Positions 7,152 through 16,233 of a stretch of 28,121 nt of DNA are shown piece by piece (within the stretch, counting starts at the first letter, position 1; the number at the start of each line of letters is the position of its first letter). The translations under genes and the position numbers were made by a program. The notes beneath the pieces are model-generated. The model was given only the letters and a program-made list of their open reading frames with translations, made no database searches and had not been told where the DNA came from. Origin of the DNA: a virus (lineage: Duplodnaviria; Caudoviricetes); IMG/VR virus record IMGVR_UViG_3300025608_000073, positions 1 to 28,121 of that record. One strand, written 5' to 3'.

Positions 7152-8431
7152 TAGCCAGCCACCTCCATAAGAGTAATTGTAGAAACACCAGTTCTATCAA
7201 AATCCCCACCGCGGTTAACGTATCCCGTGCCCCCACTAACGGACATTTGAACTTTGTAAGTAGTAGAAGATGTTGTGGCTGGAGAATCTAAAAAGTTAAA
7301 GCCACCAAAAGCTCTTATAGCGCTAGAAGTATTATAGGTAGGCATTGTGAATCGACTGGTACCACCCGTTCCTTGGGCAATATTCGTGGTGCCCCTAACT
7401 AAATTGAAGTTTTGATTGTCGCCAGAACTAGATTGCGAATAATAAATATCGCATAAAACCAAGATTTTGCTTGAAGTAGACCTCGGCGTAATGCTGGCAG
7501 TCAAACCGGTCACGTCAACCAAAGACGTGCTAGTCGAGCCGAAAGAATCCGTCTTAGTCGTAGACACAACCTGCAAAATACCGCCAGACCGCGACACCGC
7601 CCCAATCCACTGCGACGAACCCCCACCAGGGTCAGTGTAATAAACATACATAGACCCATCCGTGTCATCCAACCACAACTGGCCCTCATACCCTGTAGGC
7701 GCTGTAGACTGCACCGCCACAGACGGGCCAGCAGCAGAAACCCACACCGAATCAGCACCGTAATAAACGTACATCTCGCCATCATCGGAGTCCCACCACA
7801 AGTCACCATCGGACGGGTCAGACGGTGCCGTAGCCGAGATAGTAACCCCGCCACCACCGCCAATCGGACCCCACAAGTCAGCCACCGGATCGTAACCCTC
7901 AAACGTGCCACCATCCGTGTTGAAACCAACGTGCGGGAAAACCTCAGTAGGTCGCGTGTCATCCGACCACAAACCAATACGAGTACCCATATACTCGCGA
8001 CGATCCGTAATAGTCGTAGGCACACCCGACGTAGCCGGCACCAGCACATTAGCCAAAGCCATCTCATAAATACCGGCGTCTGTCTGGACAAGAGCAGGGG
8101 CGACAGGTGAACCCGCCGGTGTCCCAGTCTTTACCGCCAACACCACACTGTTAGCCGTAGGGTCAAGACGCAAAACAACAACATCTAACCGGTCGTTAGT
8201 AGCATCCGCTGTAGCAAGCGCAAGAGCCTCGGTACCAGACGAGATATAAAAGTGTCCTCGGACCATAGCCTGCCCAGTGGCAACATCCACCGCAAGACCA
8301 GTACCTACCGATACTTGGAGCTCTGTGCCACCGTATGTACCGTTAACCCCATCCTGGAGGGTACGGAACATCTGGCTAAATTGTGTTTCCGTCGTGTCGA
8401 TATTCTCGAACGGAAAACTACTCTGAGTCAT
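7151..8431 (-). CDS. Minor tail/baseplate-anchored fibre protein, 426 aa
   Basis: Actinophage-type N-terminus (SFPF...GQAMVRG..Y...R.D.VVLR); two AP....G.LW.D..DG.MYVYY repeats; C-terminal GGILQVV...ITLMEVAG fibre-tip domain. Confidence 0.8.
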   Translation of the reverse strand: MTQSSFPFENIDTTETQFSQMFRTLQDGVNGTYGGTELQVSVGTGLAVDVATGQAMVRGHFYISSGTEALALATADATNDRLDVVVLRLDPTANSVVLAVKTGTPAGSPVAPALVQTDAGIYEMALANVLVPATSGVPTTITDRREYMGTRIGLWSDDTRPTEVFPHVGFNTDGGTFEGYDPVADLWGPIGGGGGVTISATAPSDPSDGDLWWDSDDGEMYVYYGADSVWVSAAGPSVAVQSTAPTGYEGQLWLDDTDGSMYVYYTDPGGGSSQWIGAVSRSGGILQVVSTTKTDSFGSTSTSLVDVTGLTASITPRSTSSKILVLCDIYYSQSSSGDNQNFNLVRGTTNIAQGTGGTSRFTMPTYNTSSAIRAFGGFNFLDSPATTSSTTYKVQMSVSGGTGYVNRGGDFDRTGVSTITLMEVAG

Positions 8432-8443
8432 TTATTGCCTCTC

Positions 8444-10015
8444 TTATTGCTCGAGCTCATAAGTGCCCGTAATGTCGAAACTGTCAGCGGTCGTAAGCGT
8501 AATCGGTTTGTTGTGCTCGAACGGCTCAGTCTCACCGTTAGACTTGATATACGACAAAGTCATAACGTTAGACCCCGCCGGCACGTGCCCAAGTATCGAA
8601 TAGGTATTGCCCGCCGAGTCGTCGAACAAAGACCCGCCCGAGAACGTAACCGGTCGGCGACTGTTATACGGCAAAGTCATAAAGTATTGGCCGGTACCAA
8701 ACGTAAGAATATTGGTAAAGTCCACCGAGTAAGCAAAGTAGACCATATCCCCAAAACGGGTATAGGTGGCCGTAAACACTGGCCCGCCAAACGTTGGTTG
8801 TGTACCGTCCGTACCACCACTTATGTCGCTAAACGTTGTTACAACGCCATACCCAGTATTGTTACGCTCAATTTCGCTAATACGTTTAGACTGAGTTAGC
8901 GCAGCCTTACCCAGTTTCGCCTCGTAAGACGCCGGCATAGGAGCCCCAACCTCAGCGGCCAAGTAAACGCCGTCCGACTGGATAGACAACGCCACAGTGT
9001 AAACGACAGCCGTAGCGACAATATCCCTCACGGTAACCGTAATAGTGTCGCCCAAACCCCACTCGGACCCAAACAACATAGTCGCATTATCCGTAGGTGT
9101 CACCGTCATAGACACCCGAGTTTTACCCTCGTCCACGAGAGCCTCAGTCGCAACCTGTGTAAACTCGTCCGACTCTTGCGTAGTCCTCGAGTCCACAAAC
9201 GACTCTATACGGCGACCCCACACAGTCTCGGCATCCGTAGACTGCGATAACGTGCCCTCAAAAAATAAGCGCTCCTCTTGCTCCCCAGCGCCTCCCACAA
9301 TAGCGCGAGTCAACGACGGGGCAGAATAAGCGTAATCGGCAGACGTAAGCCGGCCGTTGTCAATATCAAAACGGATAAGAGCGCTACGATCGACAGGCTC
9401 GTACACGTCGAACACAAGACTATCGCCCACTTGCTCGATCGAATAACCGACGCCGCCAGACTGTGCCAGCCCGTAAAAAAACTCTTGCAACTGGTCGAAC
9501 CGTGCCGACCCGTAAACAGTCTCCCCGCGCCCCTCATCTGTAGCCACCGTAAGGTCTGCAACCTGCCGGCTAACAGGGCCACTAACCAGGTTGCTATCTA
9601 CATACCCTTTTAGTGCCGTCTCGACAACGTCGTTACGTACGTCGTGAGCTTGCGACTGCGCCGTAACATCATCCTCGGCGGGGTCAGGGTAAGCCAAACG
9701 CTCAGCCAAAATAACCGAGTCGTCAACACCCGCAATAGCCCACGACCCGTCTGGGTCATCCTGTGTCTGCACAAGAGACGCCGACAACATAGGGCCAGAC
9801 ATTATTACACCATCTGGGCCGGTAACAATAAGACCGTACCCTGGTGTGCGTAAAAGCTCAGCCATAGCCGAGGTCGAGTGTAGGTCAACTTTCCAGCTAC
9901 CAACCTCGTTGTGGCGCAAAATAAACTCGGCACCGACCAAGTCCGCACCCGAGAGTTGACCGACCCGCTCGAGAGACTTGTTACGTACCTCTACAGTTAG
10001 GTCGTCTAACCTCAC
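8444..10015 (-). CDS. Baseplate hub/minor tail protein, ReqiPepy6 Gp37-like
   Basis: VEVR....R.G..., R.N.VG.W, AIVGG.GE...R, WG.RIE.F.D.R and WGLGD.ITV patterns; follows Dit. Confidence 0.82.
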   Translation of the reverse strand: MRLDDLTVEVRNKSLERVGQLSGADLVGAEFILRHNEVGSWKVDLHSTSAMAELLRTPGYGLIVTGPDGVIMSGPMLSASLVQTQDDPDGSWAIAGVDDSVILAERLAYPDPAEDDVTAQSQAHDVRNDVVETALKGYVDSNLVSGPVSRQVADLTVATDEGRGETVYGSARFDQLQEFFYGLAQSGGVGYSIEQVGDSLVFDVYEPVDRSALIRFDIDNGRLTSADYAYSAPSLTRAIVGGAGEQEERLFFEGTLSQSTDAETVWGRRIESFVDSRTTQESDEFTQVATEALVDEGKTRVSMTVTPTDNATMLFGSEWGLGDTITVTVRDIVATAVVYTVALSIQSDGVYLAAEVGAPMPASYEAKLGKAALTQSKRISEIERNNTGYGVVTTFSDISGGTDGTQPTFGGPVFTATYTRFGDMVYFAYSVDFTNILTFGTGQYFMTLPYNSRRPVTFSGGSLFDDSAGNTYSILGHVPAGSNVMTLSYIKSNGETEPFEHNKPITLTTADSFDITGTYELEQ

Positions 10016-10863
10016 CCGTGCACCACCTCATAAGCCAAGTTATACTCTACCGTAATCTGAGTATTAGAGTCCGCGTTAGTGCCCGTAATGAGCAAGGCAG
10101 ACGTGCCAGGTGGCAGCGTAAAGAATTTAGGCGACGTAGCAAGAATGTCGTAACGGTTAGCCCCGCCAGCGTCCTCCACGGTAGCCGTCTCGTGGTCCAC
10201 ACGGTACACCTCACCCGACGTCACAGACTCAGTAAACGCCCAACCCTGGCCGTCCAAAGTAACCTGCAAGTTATCCACCGGTCCAGCGACACGGATAACA
10301 GGGTAAACCGGTACGTCGCTGTCATTCTCCACGTTCACAACACCGATAGCCTGAGACGACGAAACACGTAGCTTAGACAACTGTGGCAACAACCCGCGGC
10401 CAGTGTTACCGCTAGTGATAACAAAGCTCTCGCTCTCGGTCGACTGCCAGTACGGGTTAGGTGCCTGAAACGACAACAACGTTTTAGCCCACGTGTACCC
10501 GCCAGTATCGCCACCGTACTCGAGCTCAGCCCCGCCAACATAGTGCAGCTCTAAAAATATGTCGCCGTCGTCACGTAAAGCCGTGAGAGTGGTAGGGCCA
10601 GCCGTATCCTGTGTCAGTTTAGCCAGGCGTCGCAGCTTGTCCTCGACGTCTGTAGCAGACGACCCGAGCACGGTAACCGGCATATCGACATTACGTACAC
10701 CACGACGGCTATACCGGTACACACCGCCATACCTTGCCGACTCGTCAATACGCACAGACGTAGGCGGGATACCGAAACCCACAAGTGTAGGGTTTAGCAC
10801 GTAGCTCGAGTTATCAAAAGTGATAACGTCGCCGTTGGACCCTGTCAGAGTGTAACCGCTCAA
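10012..10863 (-). CDS. Distal tail protein (Dit)
   Basis: Directly after the tape measure gene; F.APNPYW, N..DVPVYP.I.V.GP and FFTLPPG motifs. Confidence 0.82.
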   Translation of the reverse strand: MSGYTLTGSNGDVITFDNSSYVLNPTLVGFGIPPTSVRIDESARYGGVYRYSRRGVRNVDMPVTVLGSSATDVEDKLRRLAKLTQDTAGPTTLTALRDDGDIFLELHYVGGAELEYGGDTGGYTWAKTLLSFQAPNPYWQSTESESFVITSGNTGRGLLPQLSKLRVSSSQAIGVVNVENDSDVPVYPVIRVAGPVDNLQVTLDGQGWAFTESVTSGEVYRVDHETATVEDAGGANRYDILATSPKFFTLPPGTSALLITGTNADSNTQITVEYNLAYEVVHG

Positions 10864-12482
10864 GCCAAAACCCTCGCCCTCGTCATAGCTAGCCGTAGCT
10901 CTTGCTCGGCGTCAAAACTCTTATTAGGTGCCGCGTAATAGTTAACCGTGCTACCGTTACCGCCACCATCAAGGCCGACCATTTTCTCGAACCGATCGAG
11001 CGGAATAACAACCTCGGGCCCAGCCTCACCGATAAGCGCCGTAGTAGGACTGTCAACAAAACCGCCCTCGGCCAACCGTGGCAAGTTTATACTCGAGATT
11101 TCGCTAATATTTACGCCAAAGCTCTTACCGCCGATACCAGGTACCCACGACGGCAAGCTAAAGCTAATACGGTTAAGCGCCCGTATGAGAGAGTTTATCC
11201 CTCGAATAGCGCCATTTACAAAGCCCTCAAAAAGCCCTATCCAACCGTTTATATAAGATTTAAACGCGTCCCCGATAAACTCGATAACAGCGGTAAAAAC
11301 CGTTTTAATATTAGTCCAGGCCTCGGTTACCGCGTCAATAAAAGACTGGAAAACGATACCCATAGTGCGGGTAACAGCCTCCCAGGCAACCCCAAGAGCC
11401 TCGAACACAGTCTGGAAGAACTGGGTCTTAGTTGCCAGGTAGACAATACCGGCCGTCAAAGCCGCGATAGCGACAATAACGATACCTATAGGGTTAGCGG
11501 CTAAAACAAAATTAAGCACAGTCTGTACGGCAGCGTACGCGGCTGTAGCAATACGTTGCGCGTTAAACGCGATCGTCAACACGCCAATAATGCCCGCAAA
11601 AGTAGCAATAGTCGGTATGTTCTCTTGGATAAACCCAAAGAAACCGCGCACAACGTCAAGCAACGGCAACATACCACTCGTCACGTCTGCCAACACCGGC
11701 AACAACACCGAGCCTAAATCTGCCTGCAACTGTGTAACGTTAGCGCTGAGGATGCGCTGGCTGTTAGCCAACCCGTCCGACGTGTTAGCAAAGTCACCAG
11801 CCGTATTAGCGGTCGACTCCATAAGCAAGCCATAACGAGCCTGAGTCTTAATATCCTCGGTCATCTGCTCGCCGACACCGATAAGACCGGCCCGCAAAGC
11901 ATACGCTTTAACCTCAGAGTCGAGCAGGTTTATACCAAACCGTTTTAGAGGCTCAGCCTCACCCGACAGACCCGACTGGAAAACCTGCAAAGCCTCGGAC
12001 ACGTCAATATTAAACACCGAGGCAAAGTCGGCGGCACGCGTCGTAACATCGTCCACAAAGCCGGCAACGTTACCGCCCTCGCCGACAACCCTGCCCGCAA
12101 AAGCTGAGAACCTAACAGATGCGGCGTTAAAGTCAGACTGGGTCACACCGAGCCTAGTGGCGGCGTTTTCGCCCAAAGCCACAACGTCTGCGGTAGCGTC
12201 ACCATAGGCCACAGAGACCGCGTTTAGAGACTCCTCGAGGTCACTAGCTGCACCTACCGAGCTCTTGACAAAACCAGCTACAGCGGCCACACCGAGACCA
12301 GCCGCGATCGGTGTCGCGAACCCCTTTACAGACGCCGCGAACTTGCCCTTAAAACCTTTACCGGCCTTAGCGCCCGTCTCACCGCCAACACTCTCGACAC
12401 CGCCAAGCTCTTTAGCGATAGCCGACTGGAACCCTTTAGCTACGGGTATAAGCGTTACATAAGCGTAGGCTTGCTCTGCCAC
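10860..12482 (-). CDS. Tape measure protein, 540 aa
   Basis: AYVTLIP N-terminus; Ala/Gly-rich helical body; ANPIG.V...I.AL motif; periodic W/F; C-terminal LA.GG...IGEAGPE.VIPL. Confidence 0.93.
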   Translation of the reverse strand: MAEQAYAYVTLIPVAKGFQSAIAKELGGVESVGGETGAKAGKGFKGKFAASVKGFATPIAAGLGVAAVAGFVKSSVGAASDLEESLNAVSVAYGDATADVVALGENAATRLGVTQSDFNAASVRFSAFAGRVVGEGGNVAGFVDDVTTRAADFASVFNIDVSEALQVFQSGLSGEAEPLKRFGINLLDSEVKAYALRAGLIGVGEQMTEDIKTQARYGLLMESTANTAGDFANTSDGLANSQRILSANVTQLQADLGSVLLPVLADVTSGMLPLLDVVRGFFGFIQENIPTIATFAGIIGVLTIAFNAQRIATAAYAAVQTVLNFVLAANPIGIVIVAIAALTAGIVYLATKTQFFQTVFEALGVAWEAVTRTMGIVFQSFIDAVTEAWTNIKTVFTAVIEFIGDAFKSYINGWIGLFEGFVNGAIRGINSLIRALNRISFSLPSWVPGIGGKSFGVNISEISSINLPRLAEGGFVDSPTTALIGEAGPEVVIPLDRFEKMVGLDGGGNGSTVNYYAAPNKSFDAEQELRLAMTRARVLA

Positions 12483-12859
12483 TTAAGGCCTCCATTTCGA
12501 GCGCGTTTTAGAATGTCTTTAGCGTCATCCCTAACCGTGCCTCGACCGCCAGCCTGGTTAGTATTAGCCCAGGGGCGCGGGTACGGTTTCGGTTTCCGTT
12601 TACTGTTTACTTGCGCGTGTAAGTCGTACTGTGCAACCATCGCGGCCCACTCGTATGAGACAGGGTGGTGCCAACCGTTAACGCTCACCTGCAACCAAGA
12701 GGTAGGGTCGCGCAACAAAACAGCGACTAAATACACAACCTCGACCCAGGGGATAGTCTCGCCCAGGTCGTTTAGGCCTAAGTTAAAACGGTATCTAAAG
12801 TCGTAAATAAAAGCGGCTCTGTGGTCGTCGATTAGCTCGACGACCTTGATTATTCCCCC
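12455..12859 (-). CDS. Tail assembly chaperone, frameshifted C-terminal part (gpGT-like)
   Basis: Open frame -1 relative to the chaperone, entered at the slippery site; no convincing start or RBS of its own. Confidence 0.82.
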   Translation of the reverse strand, partial: GGIIKVVELIDDHRAAFIYDFRYRFNLGLNDLGETIPWVEVVYLVAVLLRDPTSWLQVSVNGWHHPVSYEWAAMVAQYDLHAQVNSKRKPKPYPRPWANTNQAGGRGTVRDDAKDILKRARNGGLKWQSKPTLM

Positions 12860-13080
12860 AGTGCTACGCCACCCGTCCAAGCTTTCATATGCTTAGCGAA
12901 CTCGGACACGGGCAAAGTGTCTAAAATCTGTAGTTGCTTGTCTGTAAGAACACCCTCGAGGATAAGCCAAGTCTGCTCAGACTCGGACTCGTGGCGTGCC
13001 TTACGCAATACGCCAGTAGGCATATCGTTAAAGTTGGGTAGCTCTACAGTCTTACCCTTGTGTTCGATTACGTAACTCAT
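12850..13080 (-). CDS. Tail assembly chaperone (gpG-like), 76 aa
   Basis: Between major tail and tape measure genes; GAAAGG RBS before ATG at 13080. Confidence 0.88.
   Translation of the reverse strand: MSYVIEHKGKTVELPNFNDMPTGVLRKARHESESEQTWLILEGVLTDKQLQILDTLPVSEFAKHMKAWTGGVALGE
12853..12859 (-). other. -1 programmed ribosomal frameshift site G GGG GAA
   Basis: CTG GGG GAA TAA at the end of the chaperone; a -1 slip gives GGA ATA ATC AAG..., in frame with the 12455-12880 ORF. Confidence 0.85.
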
Positions 13081-13196
13081 AGCGGCTATACCTTTCGTAG
13101 ATATTATTTTAGCGGCACGGTGGGGAGCGTCGGGGGTGGCAGACACCCCCCACCAGGTTGGGAGCCCTCTAGGCCGCCGCAAGAAACCTAGAGGGC
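13081..13196 (-). promoter_or_regulatory. Structured intergenic leader: two hairpins and a possible pseudoknot
   Basis: Stems at 13164-13196 and 13119-13154; loop GCGGC is complementary to GCCGC at 13112-13116 and 13082-13086. Confidence 0.6.
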
Positions 13197-13202
13197 AAGC
13201 TA

Positions 13203-13736
13203 TTAAGCCTCTAGGTCAGAGAAGAATTTCTCGACCACAGTAGAGCTAGCGTCGGCGTAAGCGGTGATAGTCACCTGGTAGCCGATAGCCTCACCCGAGG
13301 CCAGCGTACGCTCGCCCACCGAGGTAATCTCACCCGAGGGCAAGTAAGTGCGCTCGATCGAGGCACCGTCGATAACGTCAATAACGAACGACTGCCGGCC
13401 ACCGGTCTTACGGGGGTCGATAGAGAACTTACCGCCAACGTTGGTAACGCCGTAGTAAAGCTCCAAAACGGCCTCGTTGGTCTCAATAAACGTCATTTCG
13501 ACCGAGTAGGTGCCTTCAGAGACAACCTCGCGCACGAGGCTACCGTCTTGCCACGAGCGAATCTGGTTAGTGGACTTGTCGATAGTTTCAGCAATACCGT
13601 CCGCGGACACATACCCGAGGTCAATAAAAGCCGCGTCAAGTGCACCGTCTGAGTCGGTTGGTGCCGTAGTACCTGTAGGCGCAACATACACCGCGCCCGT
13701 AGTGGCTACTCTTACGTTGTCAGAGTCTAAAGCCAT
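13203..13736 (-). CDS. Major tail (tube) protein
   Basis: G.V.VAP.GT..P...F.DLGY.S.DG..E...I..WQ...VR pattern of actinophage tail tube proteins. Confidence 0.92.
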   Translation of the reverse strand: MALDSDNVRVATTGAVYVAPTGTTAPTDSDGALDAAFIDLGYVSADGIAETIDKSTNQIRSWQDGSLVREVVSEGTYSVEMTFIETNEAVLELYYGVTNVGGKFSIDPRKTGGRQSFVIDVIDGASIERTYLPSGEITSVGERTLASGEAIGYQVTITAYADASSTVVEKFFSDLEA

Positions 13737-13753
13737 AATATTATTTCCTTTCG

Positions 13754-14137
13754 TTAGAGGTTTGTACCTCTATGGTCAACGGCAAAACGCATAAATCTAC
13801 GTTGGGCCTTTAGGTCGGTCACGTCCTGTATAGAGCTCTCGGGGACCACGTCAACGATAGGGATACCGTCGGGTAAATCATCGAAAACAGCCATAACATT
13901 ACGGGCCAAAGTTTCCGCGTTAGCGTAGGACGTCTCGTACACGTTAACGCCAATACTGTCCGTCATAATCGTTTTAGATCGACGGGTGCCGCCGTCTCGG
14001 CGTAAAATTACTTGCGAGTCTGTATCGTCCGCGAGGATACCCACACGGGTATCGGTGAACCCTAAAGCTGTTAGCTCAGTTGTGATACGGCTAACCAGGT
14101 GGGCCATAATGTCGCTAAAAATAACCGCGTCCGCCAT
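13754..14137 (-). CDS. Tail terminator
   Basis: Directly before the major tail gene; V.LRRDGG...V.V......A..LA..V motif. Confidence 0.78.
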   Translation of the reverse strand: MADAVIFSDIMAHLVSRITTELTALGFTDTRVGILADDTDSQVILRRDGGTRRSKTIMTDSIGVNVYETSYANAETLARNVMAVFDDLPDGIPIVDVVPESSIQDVTDLKAQRRFMRFAVDHRGTNL

Positions 14138-14442
14138 TAGCTCGCCCTCGCTCGTCGGGGTTTGTTAGTTTTTACTTTGTAGCCGCGTTTACCGCCAGCT
14201 AGGTCTAGGGCACGTGACAGGGTGCCAGTGTTGGCCTCGTCAAAGTCAGAGCCTCGAACAACTTTAGCTCGAGCTCGACGACCATTACGTAACACCTGCA
14301 AGTCGCTACCTGGTACTGCCGACTGTACACGAGCCATACGCTTACGTAGTTGCGAGGCAACCTCTTTGGACCTGAGCAACTCGCCCATACCCTTAAAGTT
14401 TAGTTTCACCTCACCGCCACCGCCAGGTATTTTACTAGCCAC
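14137..14442 (-). CDS. Neck/tail-completion protein (HK97 gp10-like position), 101 aa
   Basis: GTG at 14442 overlaps the upstream gene; VKLN..G..ELLRS.EV...L and L.RAL motifs. Confidence 0.68.
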   Translation of the reverse strand: MASKIPGGGGEVKLNFKGMGELLRSKEVASQLRKRMARVQSAVPGSDLQVLRNGRRARAKVVRGSDFDEANTGTLSRALDLAGGKRGYKVKTNKPRRARAS

Positions 14443-14758
14443 GGTCGATCTGCCTCTGCAAGTTAACAACCGCGCCAGGGCTCCACGAGCCCAAACCATC
14501 GCGCCAGTCGAAAGCCTCACCGTCGACCTCGTAAGTCTTACCTCTAATAGTAAAAGTGTCGTCGTCTTGGACGTCGTGCCCAGTCGGTAAATAGATAGTG
14601 AGACCGTCGGTTACCACGATCTGGTCGGCGTCAAAGTTAGTACCCGACACCCGAGCCGAAACAATAGCGTTAACGGTCGACGTAGTAGTAGTAAATACTG
14701 GTTGGCCGTAACTATCGACCGAGGTCGAACTTCGTCGGGTTTGGGTAATAGACTCCAT
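14435..14758 (-). CDS. Head-to-tail stopper
   Basis: D.YG.P, LTIYLP...DV...D...IRG..YEV.G....W motifs; synteny. Confidence 0.82.
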   Translation of the reverse strand: MESITQTRRSSTSVDSYGQPVFTTTTSTVNAIVSARVSGTNFDADQIVVTDGLTIYLPTGHDVQDDDTFTIRGKTYEVDGEAFDWRDGLGSWSPGAVVNLQRQIDRG

Positions 14759-15317
14759 AGTTACCGTTTCCTAATGTCGACGCGGACCTAAAAGTTTTCT
14801 CGCGGTAGTAGTTAGCTACCTCAATGTCGCTAGGGCTCATAAGCACTTGGCGGCCAACAGCCCAGTTAGCGTAAGACTGCGAGAACGGCCCCACGCTCTG
14901 CTGCTGGATACCAGCCGCCGCGTCGGCGGGGATAAGCAAAGTACGCACAACCATACCGGCAACAACCGCAACAACGTCGTCGGGGATAGTGTCGGAGCCG
15001 TGGTCATAATTGACAATTACAGGGCTATAAGAGCCCAGCTCATAGAGAGACTGGAAACCGTCGTAAGTGTAATCAAGCTCGACACCGTCAATATCTACAA
15101 CGCTGTTTATCTCAATTACAGGGCGTTGCACCAGACGCACAATACCGTCGCGAGGGAACAGTCTAACCGTAGACTCGGATACCTCGAACTTTTGTACGGC
15201 ACGCTGCACAAACATAGCTGAGGCGTCCGAGAGCCAAGCCGTAGCCTGTGCGGTCTCGCCCGCGGTCAAAGACCGACCAATACGTGCCTCGACGTCGGCA
15301 ATAGTAGCTAGAGCCAA
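14712..15317 (-). CDS. Head-to-tail adaptor
   Basis: LAT..DV.AR.GR.L....A..L.DAS...V..VV..MV.R...Q.SVGPFS.SY; follows the capsid gene; TTG start with GAGAGG RBS. Confidence 0.85.
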   Translation of the reverse strand: MALATIADVEARIGRSLTAGETAQATAWLSDASAMFVQRAVQKFEVSESTVRLFPRDGIVRLVQRPVIEINSVVDIDGVELDYTYDGFQSLYELGSYSPVIVNYDHGSDTIPDDVVAVVAGMVVRTLLIPADAAAGIQQQSVGPFSQSYANWAVGRQVLMSPSDIEVANYYREKTFRSASTLGNGNYGVYYPNPTKFDLGR

Positions 15318-15352
15318 TTTTTAGCCTCTCGTAAAAAACTTTGTGCGGCGTA

Positions 15353-15380
15353 GAGGGGACGACCGTAAGGCCGCCCCCTC
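15353..15380 (-). terminator. Strong hairpin after the major capsid gene (terminator or mRNA stabiliser)
   Basis: GAGGGGGCGGCC-TTAC-GGTCGTCCCCTC: 12-bp stem; the T-tract is displaced about 14 nt downstream. Confidence 0.6.
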
Positions 15381-15400
15381 ATAGCAGTTACCTACTGGTA

Positions 15401-16213
15401 TTAGCCAGAGTAGTAGCTGTAAACAGCGTCGCTCTTGAGCACCTTAGCGCCGTACACGTTCAGACCGCGAACAATGTCCGAGAACTTCGACGGGTTGCGC
15501 AGTGACTCGAGGCTCTGAATCTGGTTGACAAACGCAACCATAGAGCCGTGGTATGCCAAAGCTCCAACGCTCTGCGAGTCGGTGGCGACCAGCGCGGTCT
15601 CGACGACGGTAAAGCCGTAGAGGCGTCCGATAACACCGTTGCGCAGCTCCGAGTCGTTTCCAGCTACAGAGACGTCGTCCAGACCCTGAATGAGCAGGTC
15701 GGCAAAGTCGGGCGACACGGCCAGGTAGCGGTTAGACGCGGGAACCTTTGCGTTACCCATAGCGGTACGCATAGCGCGGACACCGGTAAGCGCCTCGGCG
15801 GCGGTGTCTACGACAATGCTGCCAGAGTTGGAGTTGGTTGCACCTGCGAGCATCTGGTCGAGGACGTAGTTTTCTGCGTCCTCAGCGAGCGCACGACCGG
15901 CAGAGTCAACCCAGGGGCCAAACTCGCTCGAAGCCTGCACCTTGTCGACGTCGTCAACGTTAACCGAGAAAGCCTTTTCCTGGTCAATGAGCAACTGTAC
16001 CTCGGTGTCGGCAAGAGCCTCGGCCGTGATGGTACGGGTCGCGCTGTAGTCAGCGATCGTAGGGGTGGTTGCGTTAATAATGTGGACTTTGTTACCAGCG
16101 GTAACGTCGCCCGTAAACGCGTTGTCAAGGGTGGGGATAACCACCTGGTTGGCGATAAACGACTGGGTAACCCCTGCCGCCCACACCTCTGGGATAAATT
16201 GGTCAATAGCCAT
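15401..16213 (-). CDS. Major capsid protein, 270 aa
   Basis: FIPEVWA...G..V.I...L.IDQ.K.F...VDD.D..Q...VP...R...V.P...G.IG...GF.V...D.VRGL.VYG.K pattern; follows the scaffold; GAAAGG RBS. Confidence 0.93.
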   Translation of the reverse strand: MAIDQFIPEVWAAGVTQSFIANQVVIPTLDNAFTGDVTAGNKVHIINATTPTIADYSATRTITAEALADTEVQLLIDQEKAFSVNVDDVDKVQASSEFGPWVDSAGRALAEDAENYVLDQMLAGATNSNSGSIVVDTAAEALTGVRAMRTAMGNAKVPASNRYLAVSPDFADLLIQGLDDVSVAGNDSELRNGVIGRLYGFTVVETALVATDSQSVGALAYHGSMVAFVNQIQSLESLRNPSKFSDIVRGLNVYGAKVLKSDAVYSYYSG

Positions 16214-16233
16214 TTTTTAGCTACCTTTCTTGT

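Noticed and set aside
13081-13182. Long N-terminal extensions given by the ORF track (also for starts at 2314, 3141, 4153, 14520 and 16884)
   Set aside because: Downstream starts have clear RBS or stop-start coupling; the extensions run through RNA structure or other genes.
13990-14002. CGCC-GAGAC-GGCG hairpin as a fifth operator
   Set aside because: It is inside the tail terminator CDS, far from any RBS and unpaired; probably chance.
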